From the NCBI GenBank assembly GCA_039683575.1, contig JBDKRC010000349.1, positions 1-17,875 on the forward strand: 17,875 bases of DNA. The letters are read 5' to 3'. Every line of letters starts with the position of its first letter. The stretch's first letter is position 1. A program made the position numbers and the translations under genes. A model generated the notes under the pieces. That model had not been told where the DNA came from. It ran no database searches and saw nothing but the letters and a program-made list of their open reading frames with translations. Source of the stretch: Armatimonadia bacterium (GTDB taxonomy: Bacteria; Armatimonadota; Zipacnadia; Zipacnadales; UBA11051). This document shows, in pieces, positions 7,075-15,600 of this stretch.

Positions 7075-8630
7075 TGCTGCTCCACTTTGGGGCGGCGGCC
7101 GAACCATTTCGCCAGCTTGAGCTTCCTGAAGGCGATCCAGCACATGCGGAATAGCAGGGGCGTGTGGACCGTGTTGATGATTTTGGAGTCCCCCGAGACC
7201 CGCGCCCGGTAATGCACCGGAACGTCCACCATGCTCAGGTTGAGGTTCGCCGCGCCAAAGAGCAGGTCAAAGTCGCCGAACGGGTCGAAATCACCAAACA
7301 CTTGGCGATTAGCAGCCAGCCTCTGATAGTCCTCGCGGCGCAAAGCCTTCGTGCCGCAGAGCGTATCCCCCACGTACCGCTCCAGCAGCCACGAGAAGAG
7401 CACGCTGAACATCTTGTTGCCCATCAGGTTCGGCAGCCGCATCGCCTGGCTCTCCATTGGGTAGACGAGCCGTGAACCGTTGGCAAACTGCGCCTTGCCC
7501 TTCGCCAGCACCTCAAAGAACCGCGGCAGGTCCTCTGGCGGGACTGTCAGGTCCGCATCGAGGATCATCAGCACATCGCCCTCGGCCTGGCTGAATCCCA
7601 GCCGCACCGCGTGCCCTTTGCCCTGCGGCAACATCTTCCCAGTCTCCTGAGACCGCCCCATAGCCGCCCGCGCGGCGTCATCCAGGTCTTCGTCCTTGAT
7701 CTGAATGACGAGCTTGATGTCCTTTTGCCCCTGGTACTTCTCGATCATCCGCTTGATCTCGTCCTGCGTCCCATCGGTCGAGTTGCCGTCCACAAACAGC
7801 AGCTCAGTATGCGTCCCAAGCTGCGGTGTGCGCTCGACGGCATTCTCGATGTTGCCGCGCTCGTTGCGGGTGGGGATGAGAACCGTGCAGGACAATGGCT
7901 GCGGGGCCGTTTCGGCCTGCATGGCGGCTACGGTGGTCTGCACGAGCATCAGGTGATGAAAGCCGGGAAGGCGCTCAGCGAGCCAGTTCAGAGCGCTGCC
8001 AAGGCCCAGCCAGGGGCGTGGGATGAGCAAGGAGCTCTTGAAGCTCTTGACCGCGAAATCCTCAAGGTAGAGCAGTTGGTGAAGCTGCTGGCGCGGCATC
8101 CAGGTGGTAACGCGGCTCGGCATCTTCAGCCGCAGTCGCTCCAGGGCGCCGATGGCGTACTGCCAAAGGTGGTTGTAGCCCACGACGACCACGGTACCGC
8201 CCGGCGTGAGGAAGCGCCGCAGGTGTAGCAGGAAGCCCTGGACATCGTCCAGATTGCCCAGCAGATTGTGGCATACAATGTAGTCGAACCGCTCATCCAG
8301 CGGCAGCGCCAAGGCCTCACCCACCACGAACCGCAACCCCGGGTGCGCCTCCTGCGCGAGGCGGATCATCTCCGGGCTGAAGTCCACGCCCACGCCCTCT
8401 GAAGGCTCCAGCGCCGCCAGCAGCTGCCCCGTCGCACACCCGACCTCCAACACCTTCGCCCCCGCCGGCACATGCCGCCGCACCGCCTGGGCGACATGGC
8501 GATGGTAATACGCGCTGCGGCGTTTCCAGTAGGCGTCGCTGGGCGCCAGCCGGTCGTAGAAAGCCCGCAGATCATCAATGGGGCGGACGGGCACGGGGTT
8601 GTCCTGCGGCTCGGGCTGCGTGAGGGTCAT
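7071..8630 (-). CDS. Fusion of a class I SAM-dependent methyltransferase and a GT2 (polyprenol-phosphate glycosyltransferase/DPM-like) domain
   Basis: Methyltransferase motifs 'VLEVGCATG', 'GVDFSPEMI', 'FDYIV' and 'LTPGG'. GT2 motifs 'VLIPTRNERGNI', 'FVDGNSTDGT', 'GKGHAV', 'ILDADL', 'GSR', 'DTLCGTKA' and 'DVPVHYRAR'. The start is tentatively ATG 8630. Confidence 0.88.
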   Translation of the reverse strand: MTLTQPEPQDNPVPVRPIDDLRAFYDRLAPSDAYWKRRSAYYHRHVAQAVRRHVPAGAKVLEVGCATGQLLAALEPSEGVGVDFSPEMIRLAQEAHPGLRFVVGEALALPLDERFDYIVCHNLLGNLDDVQGFLLHLRRFLTPGGTVVVVGYNHLWQYAIGALERLRLKMPSRVTTWMPRQQLHQLLYLEDFAVKSFKSSLLIPRPWLGLGSALNWLAERLPGFHHLMLVQTTVAAMQAETAPQPLSCTVLIPTRNERGNIENAVERTPQLGTHTELLFVDGNSTDGTQDEIKRMIEKYQGQKDIKLVIQIKDEDLDDAARAAMGRSQETGKMLPQGKGHAVRLGFSQAEGDVLMILDADLTVPPEDLPRFFEVLAKGKAQFANGSRLVYPMESQAMRLPNLMGNKMFSVLFSWLLERYVGDTLCGTKALRREDYQRLAANRQVFGDFDPFGDFDLLFGAANLNLSMVDVPVHYRARVSGDSKIINTVHTPLLFRMCWIAFRKLKLAKWFGRRPKVEQQ

Positions 8631-8711
8631 GGAGAGCGCTCGGGGTAAGAGATGGAAGAGGGTTTCGACGTCGTCGCGGGGAGACCTGCAAGGAGCGTCT
8701 GCCAAAGACAC

Positions 8712-8740
8712 GATGGCCCTCCCGCAGGGGAAGGGCCATC
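8712..8740 (-). terminator. Hairpin downstream of the DUF1559 gene, possible weak terminator or RNA-stability element
   Basis: The arms GATGGCCCT (8712-8720) and AGGGCCATC (8732-8740) pair, with extra CCC/GGG pairing inside. On the minus strand it is followed only by GTGTCTTT, a poor U-tract. Confidence 0.5.
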
Positions 8741-8766
8741 ATGTTCACATCAGGACTTTGGTGCTG

Positions 8767-9318
8767 TTAGTTGCGTTGCTGGATCTTCGCGTGACCGTCG
8801 CAGAACAGGCCGACGTAGCCCTTGGTGTGCCAGTCGGGGCTGTAGTCGAACATAAGCAACGTGCGCGAGGGCTCGCTGTTCCACGGCGAGTCGATGGACT
8901 GCACCGGCATCGGGACGTCCGCGTCGAGACGCCCGCCGCCGTAGTCATAGCTGGTGCCCTGCGTGAAGTAGGACGAGACAGCGGTCTTGTCGTGGTCGCT
9001 GGGGCAGCGGAAAATCTGCCGGTTCTTGGTGTACGGCTCCAGCACGTCGAAGATGCCGGGCGCTCCCTGGTGATACTCATCCCCAATGGGGGTCGCCGGG
9101 TACTCATTCGCGAGCGGCATCAGATCATCGTAGTCGCCAGCATACATCTGAATCGCTGTGCCGATTTGGCGCAGGTTTGAGATGCACGAGCTTTCCCGTG
9201 CCTTCTCCCGTGCCCGGGCAAAGACCGGGAACAGGATTGACGCCAGAATAGCGATAATGGCAATGACGACGAGCAGTTCAATGAGCGTGAAGCCACGACG
9301 AATTGTCGGTAAGCTCAT
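8767..9318 (-). CDS. Prepilin-type N-terminal cleavage/methylation protein, DUF1559 family with H-X9-DG motif
   Basis: '[44 protein letters not shown]', 'IFRCPSD' and C-terminal '[15 protein letters not shown]'. AAGGAGG RBS. Confidence 0.93.
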   Translation of the reverse strand: MSLPTIRRGFTLIELLVVIAIIAILASILFPVFARAREKARESSCISNLRQIGTAIQMYAGDYDDLMPLANEYPATPIGDEYHQGAPGIFDVLEPYTKNRQIFRCPSDHDKTAVSSYFTQGTSYDYGGGRLDADVPMPVQSIDSPWNSEPSRTLLMFDYSPDWHTKGYVGLFCDGHAKIQQRN

Positions 9319-9345
9319 GTCGATCCTCCTTGTATTAAACCAAGC

Positions 9346-10566
9346 CTATTGCTGCTGTCCGTTGATCGCGGCCCCAATCGCTCGCAGCAGCGGCTTGATC
9401 TCCATGCGCTGCTCGGGAGTGAGCCCGGCTGAGTACTTACCAAGGCGGTTGAGCATCCGAGGCATCATCCGCTGCATGCGGCCCGCGCCGCGACCGTTCT
9501 GGCCGTTCGCCGCGCCCTGACGCATGCGTTCGGCCATCTGGCCGATGCGGTCAACTTGCTGCTGAATGTCCTTGGCGCGCTCCTCTGGCGGCTTGGCCCA
9601 ATACTTGGCCCAGCGGCTCTGGAAGCCCGCCTCCATGCGTGCATCCATCTCTTCCTGGGTCAGCTCGCGCGGCAAGGAGAGCAGGTAAAGCGGGCGATAC
9701 TGCCCGCCAACCGCCGTGGCGATCTGCGTCAGGACCTCGTCAATGGGCTTCTGCTCGGCCTGTAGCGCAACTGCGCCGGTCAAATCGGCAGAGGCTGCGA
9801 GGATGAAACCGCTGCAAGTGGTGAAATCGAAGAGTGACTGCGCCAGATCCTGATTGTCCAGCGTCAGCGTCACTGTGTCACTGCGCAAGGGGATGATTAG
9901 CTGGCGGACGGGATCAAACATCATCCCGCGCCGCTGGCCCTGGCCGCCGGGCTGCTGACCCGGTTGTCCGGGCTGTGCGGCCTGCTGCTCGGGCTGTGCC
10001 GGCTGCTGCCCCGCCTGCGCGGGCTGTGCCTGGGCTCCCTGAGCAGCGGGTGCCCCGGGGCCGCCCTGACCGCCACGCCCGCCAAAGCCTCGGCCGAGGG
10101 TCGAGGTGCCGGCGCCGGGCATTGGAGGCGCCGGGTTGTCGCGGTCGCCGCGCGCCGCGCGCCATTGCTCGAACATCGCGCGCTGCTCTTCCTCCGTGAA
10201 GCTGTCGAACCAGTTCGAGCGCTGATTCTCAAGTCCGGCGAGAAGCTGGTTGGCGGTGTACGGAGTGGCGGGGGGCTGCTTTTCGAGAACATAGGCGCGG
10301 AGCCATGAGGCGTTAAAAGCCTCGGCAAAGGCCTTTACGGCCTCTTCGGGCTTAGCGCCGTCGAGTTTGAGGGTGACCTTGGCGTCGCAGGGCAGGACTA
10401 CCCCAACCTGGATGCCGCCTTGTTTGGTTATCTCGGCGGCGACGTCAGCGACAGGCTGGTCGGTGACGTCAAGAGTAACGGTCTTGACCGCCGGGGCGTC
10501 CTGCGCAGAAGCAAGCTGCGCGAGAACGAGGCAGAATACGAGAACGGGCCATAGGATGCGCTTCAT
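9346..10566 (-). CDS. Secreted hypothetical protein with two secretin-N0/STN-like repeats and a Q/P/A/G-rich linker
   Basis: Signal peptide MKRILWPVLVFCLVLAQLASA-Q, an AG-rich RBS (GGAGGAAAGG) and two similar ~65-aa units (VTLDVTDQPV... and VTLTLDNQDL...). The fold assignment is inference. Confidence 0.75.
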   Translation of the reverse strand: MKRILWPVLVFCLVLAQLASAQDAPAVKTVTLDVTDQPVADVAAEITKQGGIQVGVVLPCDAKVTLKLDGAKPEEAVKAFAEAFNASWLRAYVLEKQPPATPYTANQLLAGLENQRSNWFDSFTEEEQRAMFEQWRAARGDRDNPAPPMPGAGTSTLGRGFGGRGGQGGPGAPAAQGAQAQPAQAGQQPAQPEQQAAQPGQPGQQPGGQGQRRGMMFDPVRQLIIPLRSDTVTLTLDNQDLAQSLFDFTTCSGFILAASADLTGAVALQAEQKPIDEVLTQIATAVGGQYRPLYLLSLPRELTQEEMDARMEAGFQSRWAKYWAKPPEERAKDIQQQVDRIGQMAERMRQGAANGQNGRGAGRMQRMMPRMLNRLGKYSAGLTPEQRMEIKPLLRAIGAAINGQQQ

Positions 10567-10636
10567 GCTGCCTTTCCTCCAGGGGAACAATGATGGTATG
10601 CCGTTCCAGACGTTCACTCCGTCACTGAGATTCCGC

Positions 10637-11146
10637 TTATTTGCCCGCGTCGTGAGAACACCGGCCGCCGCAGTCCTGACAGATCCCCATGTTGAGGTCG
10701 TCCAGATGCTGCAGTATCTGTTGCAGCGATGACAGCATGTCCGCCTTGCAGTCCGGCGGCAAACACCCGAGCAGTTCGGTCAGCCGCGCATCAAACACCG
10801 GCCGCACTTCCTGGTATAGCCTCTCGCCCTGCTCAGTCAGATGGATCAGCAGCGCTCGGCGGTCGTCCGGGTGGGGCTTGCGCTGCACCAGTGCCGCTTC
10901 CTCAAGCTTGTCAACAATGCCCGTGGTGTTGCCCTGCGTTACCCGGAGTTCTTCACTCATCTGTCCCGGCGTCAGGCCCTCTCCAGCAGCTTCACCCAGC
11001 ATCCGAAATACGCGCCACTGCGGGCCCGTCAGCCCATGCTCGGCGAAAATCGGCCGGATACTGTTGCGCAGCCGGAAGAAGACCTTCAACATTGTCAGCC
11101 AAAGCTCAAGCGCTTGCTGGCTATCGGCAGAAGATTCCTTACTCAT
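10637..11146 (-). CDS. MarR family transcriptional regulator with a Cys-rich C-terminus
   Basis: 'HGLTGPQWRVFRML', 'LTPGQMSEELRVTQGNTTGIVDKLEEAALVQRKPHPDDRRALLIHLTEQG'. The start ATG 11146 lies 7 nt after a -10 box. Confidence 0.92.
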   Translation of the reverse strand: MSKESSADSQQALELWLTMLKVFFRLRNSIRPIFAEHGLTGPQWRVFRMLGEAAGEGLTPGQMSEELRVTQGNTTGIVDKLEEAALVQRKPHPDDRRALLIHLTEQGERLYQEVRPVFDARLTELLGCLPPDCKADMLSSLQQILQHLDDLNMGICQDCGGRCSHDAGK

Positions 11147-11153
11147 AGACGGT

Positions 11154-11182
11154 ATGATAGAAATCAAAAGTTTAGGTGTCAA
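11154..11182 (-). promoter_or_regulatory. Sigma70-type promoter of the marR-like gene (probably giving a leaderless transcript)
   Basis: TTGACA (11182-11177), a 17-nt spacer, TATCAT (11159-11154), 7 nt, then ATG. The patch is AT-rich within GC-rich DNA and has no Shine-Dalgarno sequence. Confidence 0.8.
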
Positions 11183-11233
11183 GTAAAATGGGATAGGACG
11201 AGGAAATGGGGAACGCCACATACCCAGGCCCGT

Positions 11234-11259
11234 CGTCGCTCTGAGCGAAGCGAAGAGTT
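11234..11259 (+). repeat. Single CGTC-type palindromic repeat copy
   Basis: CGTCGCTCTGAGCGAAGCGAAGAGTT resembles the CGTCATGCTGAGCGAAGTGAAGCATCT units at 16661-16725. Confidence 0.6.
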
Positions 11260-11342
11260 CCCCGCCGGCCGCGCTGCGTGAAGGGACGTCTATGGATTCC
11301 GACGAACTGGGTAATACCGCTATCCGCTTGTGAGGTTCTACC

Positions 11343-12641
11343 ATGTACGAACTACGGCCTCCGAGTATCGTGGTCTTCCAGGACGTTCTCGATGACCCCG
11401 CCATGACGCCTGTGTATGAGCGCCTGCGGGCTGCCGTGCCGGCAGACACCCCTGTACACATCGTCACCGACGACACACTGCCAGACCTGGTGGCAGAGCA
11501 GGACTGGCCGAAGAAGTGCGTGCGCATGGGAATGCCGCCTCCTGCCGAGGACCCCATCCTGGTCGTCGGCAAGATGCGCTGGGATGGCAAGTGGCCGGAG
11601 CTGCAGGAGCGCCTCAAGGCACAGGCCCCCAACGTCCCGCTGAGCATGTTCCACAAGCTCTATGGCTATGATGCCTTCAGCTACGCCAGCTTCTGCACCG
11701 ACGGCAAGACCAGCCCCAAGGCCTTCGGGATGTGCCGCCCGGCATGGCGCCTGCACCTGAGTTGGGGCTGCCCCCACAAGTGCTTCTACTGCGGCTGCAC
11801 CGGCGCCATGACCGCCATGGCCAATCTCGACGAGTACCGCGCCAAGCTCGCGGAACTGGTCGAGAAGAACCCCTGGGAGCTTTGCTGGCTCTATGACGAT
11901 GACGCCGAAGCACTGGCGTTGGAGCCGGAGTACGGCGGCATGAAGATGCTCGTGGAGTACTTCGGCACCACTCCCGACCGCTACCTGACCGTGCACACCA
12001 AGAGCGCGAACGTGGACTTCCTCGAAGACCTCGACCACCGCGGCCATACCATCCTGACCTGGAGCCTCACGGGCGCCACGCAGAGCACTCTCATGGAGGC
12101 GGCGTCAGGGAGCATGGTCGAGCGCATCGAGGCAGCGGCAAAGACGCAGCAGTGGGGCTATACGCCACGGTTCAAGTTCAAGCCAATCGTGCCGGTGCTG
12201 AACTGGCGCGACGAACTGGCCGAGATGATCAAGCTGGTCTTCGAGCGCACCCGCCCGGACAACATCACGCTGTTCACGCTTGCGTGGATGGTCTACCCCG
12301 ACCTCGTGAAGCTCGCCGACACCAGCCTGCTCGATCCGTGGGCCCTCGGCGAGGCCGAGAAGGCAGCCGGGGAGATGGCAACCTCACGAGTAGGCCCCTT
12401 CCCCCACCATGTGCGCAAGGCGATCTACGAGTTCGCCCTCGACGAGATCCATAGGTATGACAAAGAGGTCCCCGTTGCGCTCTCAACCGAATCGCTGGAG
12501 ATGTGGCGGGACCTCGGCCCCAGACTCGGCGTGGACCCGACCAACTATGTCTGCGGCTGCGGCCCGACAGCCATACCGGGACTGCGCAAGCTACCCGCGG
12601 ACCCCTTCAAAGCCGCGCAGCCGGTGGGGCTCGATAGCTAA
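11343..12641 (+). CDS. Radical SAM protein, spore photoproduct lyase (SplB)-like family, divergent
   Basis: CxxxCxxC motif 'GCPHKCFYC' (C143/C147/C150) and SPL-family-like segments 'TKSANVDFLEDLDHRGHTILTWSL', 'ERIEAAAK...GY...PIVPV.NW' and 'E..EMW'. Confidence 0.82.
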   Translation: MYELRPPSIVVFQDVLDDPAMTPVYERLRAAVPADTPVHIVTDDTLPDLVAEQDWPKKCVRMGMPPPAEDPILVVGKMRWDGKWPELQERLKAQAPNVPLSMFHKLYGYDAFSYASFCTDGKTSPKAFGMCRPAWRLHLSWGCPHKCFYCGCTGAMTAMANLDEYRAKLAELVEKNPWELCWLYDDDAEALALEPEYGGMKMLVEYFGTTPDRYLTVHTKSANVDFLEDLDHRGHTILTWSLTGATQSTLMEAASGSMVERIEAAAKTQQWGYTPRFKFKPIVPVLNWRDELAEMIKLVFERTRPDNITLFTLAWMVYPDLVKLADTSLLDPWALGEAEKAAGEMATSRVGPFPHHVRKAIYEFALDEIHRYDKEVPVALSTESLEMWRDLGPRLGVDPTNYVCGCGPTAIPGLRKLPADPFKAAQPVGLDS

Positions 12642-12656
12642 CCCAAGGAGCCGCTC

Positions 12657-15600
12657 ATGCGCCAGCTTGCTCTCCTCATCCTGTTCGCGACACCGCTGTG
12701 GGCGCAGACGCCCGACTTGCTGCTCTACGCGCCTTTCGACGGCTCAGGGGATGCCGCGGTGGCGGGTGGTGACGGGCGGCAGCGCGACCTGTTGAGCTTT
12801 GTCGAGGGCCTGCGCGGGCAGGCAGTCTCGCTGAGCAGCGATTGCCAGTACGGTGTGAAAGGCAACTTCCGCGCCGAAAGCGGCACCATCGCCCTCTGGG
12901 TACGCCCTCACTGGAACGGCACAGACGCCACCAACCGGTACCTCTTCTGCCTCTACGGGCAGCGCGGTCTCCCCCACTCCTACGCCGTCAATCGCTACAA
13001 CCTGGACTGCGGCGGAGGGACGATGCGCTTCACGATCTTCACCCGTGACGAGGGGAAGACGGTAGGCGTGGCCTCACCCATCAAGGCCTGGCGGGCGGGC
13101 CAGTGGCACCACCTGGCTGTCACCTGGGACAACGTCAACTCCGGGCAGCCCGACGGCGAGATGAAGCTCTACCTCGATGGCGCGCCCGCCGCCAGCCTCA
13201 CAGGCAAGCATATTGACGTGGGCCCAACGAACGACGTGATGGCCATCGGGCGCGATCAGGACGCCTCTCCGGACTATGCCGACGCGGATCTGGACGATCT
13301 CTTCATCTACAGCCGGCCGCTCAGCCCCGAGCAAATCGCGCAGGGCGTGGAGGCCGTGCGGCGGCTGCCGTATGAGGTACCGACAATGGCTGCCTCGCGG
13401 GCGTCGGTGCCGGGCTGGTGGGACACAGCGTGGCCGTACCGGGTCAGGGTCGAGGTCCCGCCCGCCGCGACTGCCCGTCGCGACCTCTTCGTGCGGTGCC
13501 CGCTGCGCGCCGGAGGCGACCTGTCGGCCCTCGGGGAGCGAGGAACCCTCGACCCCGGCTCGCTACGCGTCGTGCAAACCGCCACGGATGGCAAGCCGCA
13601 GGTAGTGCCGGTCCGCGTCGAGGACGGGCTGGCGGACTGGGTGGCCCCAGGCGAGACCTCCGCGGCCGGGCGCAGCTTCTGGCTGTACTTCCAGAGCAGC
13701 CGCTTCACGTTCCCGCAGCCGCTGGTGGCCCAGCGCGTGACGGCCCCGGTGACCGCGCCCGCTGTTGTGCCGGCCGCGACAGACTACGCCACAGTCGAGT
13801 TGGGCAAGCCCTGGAACTTCGACGACGGCAGCTTCTCGGGCATCGACCAGTGGGGCGACAAGCCGGAGTACCTGCGCAATCGCAAGGTCGAAAACGGCAT
13901 CCTGAGCATGGATGTGAAGCAGGACCCGTGGTTCATCTGGGGCGACATGTGGGGCCAGGTCAATGCCACCAACCAGAAGATCGCCATTGACCTCGATAAG
14001 TATCCCACCCTGGAGATGAAGGTACGCCAGAGCCTTCCGCAGGCCAAGTGGGGGCTGTTCGGCCGAGTGGGCGCCGCAGCCGACCTGCTGCACCATGCTT
14101 TCATCGTCAGCGGCAGCGGCTGGCAGCGGGTGAGGATTGACCTCCGCCGGGACGCCCGGTGGAGTGGCATCCTGTCTGCCTTCCGCATAGACCCGACAGA
14201 GGGCGCCGGGGCAGCGCACATCGAGATCGACTGGGTGCGACTGCTGGCGCTCACGCCAGTGGAGCACGGGCAGGTAGAAACACTGGGGCAGCCCACGGGC
14301 GTGGCGGCGCGAATTGACCTGTCGCAACCAGACGGCGCGGCAGTGGTAGCTGGATCAGCCCATGAGTTGGCCCTAACGGTCAACGACGCCGCAGGCAAGC
14401 CAGTGGCAGGGCAGCCTGTCCGTATAAGCCTCGCCGACGGTTCGGGCGGCAGTCTGGCCGAGGCGCAAGCTCAACGGTCGCTGGAAGTCTCGGCGCAGTC
14501 GCGGATGGGAGTGACCGGCCCGAACGGGAAGCTGGTGGTGCGCTACACCGCCAGCAGACAGGCGCGCAAGCCTGCGGACGCGCTCGTGGCGCAGGCGCAG
14601 TTCACGCCGGTCCCAGAGGCCCAACGCGTTGTCATCACCACACCCGGCGCACCGCATCACTATCTGGTGCAGCCCACCAAAGTGCTCGCCCTCAAACCGG
14701 ACCGCCTGCCGCTGCACCTCACGGCCCGCCTCGTAGACGAGTTCGACAACCCGGTCGCCAACCCGACGCCGCGCAAGTTGCAGTGGAGCAGCGACGAGAG
14801 GGCAAGTCTCACCCGCACCAGCCCGAGCACAAGTGCCGGTCTGGGTGAAGCCGCGTGGCGTGGGGACGAAAGCCAGCGCTGGGTCTATACCGTGAGGGTG
14901 AAAGACGATCAGGGCCTGACCGGCGAGTCGGCGCCAATCTGCCTCCTGCCCACCAAGCCGCGCCAGAACCCCATTGTACTCGGCCCCAACGGCTACTTCC
15001 GCCAGGGCAAAGACGGCCGCGCCTGGGTTCCGCTGGGCGGCTTCTACGCCAACTGGGTCGGTCTGCCGGAAGACGGCGAGGAAGGCCGCAAGCTGATCTC
15101 CTTCGTGGACGCGACCGAGGAGCAGATGAACCACTGGCTCGACTTCCTCGCTTCGCAAGGAGTCACGGCCATGCGCTTCATGCTCCGCGCCCACACCAAG
15201 CTCGGTATGGAGCCCATGGACGTCATCGGCCGGGTCAACATGCCGCTATTCGCCAGGGTCCTCCGCTACATGGACCTCGCGCGGCGGCACGATATCAAGT
15301 TCCTGCTGGTGATCCATGAGGACTACACCAAGCCGGCCTACTTCAACCGGCAGCCGCTCGAGGCTTTCTGCCTGCCCCAATACGCGGGCGAGGACCTCGA
15401 CAAGCTGCCGCCCTACCAGCGCGGCTTCATCCGCGACCGCAAGCTGATCGGCCTCATTGGCGAGAAGTACACCGATCCTGACGTGATGGCCTGCCAGGAT
15501 CAGTACACGCGGGAGCTACTGGGGCTGCTCAAGGACAACCCGCAGCTATTCGGGTGGGAGTTCGAGAACGAGATGGTTAACTGCCCGCAGTCCTGGGCGC

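Noticed and set aside
9925-10090. Short imperfect repeats (GGCTGTGC/GGCTGCTG)
   Set aside because: They are explained by the Gln/Pro/Ala/Gly low-complexity linker of the secreted protein and are not an independent DNA element.
11147-11656. 170-aa N-terminal extension of the MarR ORF
   Set aside because: It spans the promoter, is partly antisense to the radical SAM gene and shows no protein-like motifs.
11343-12641. Assigning the gene symbol splB
   Set aside because: The similarity is family-level only. The H-donor Cys region appears different and the context is unrelated to spores.
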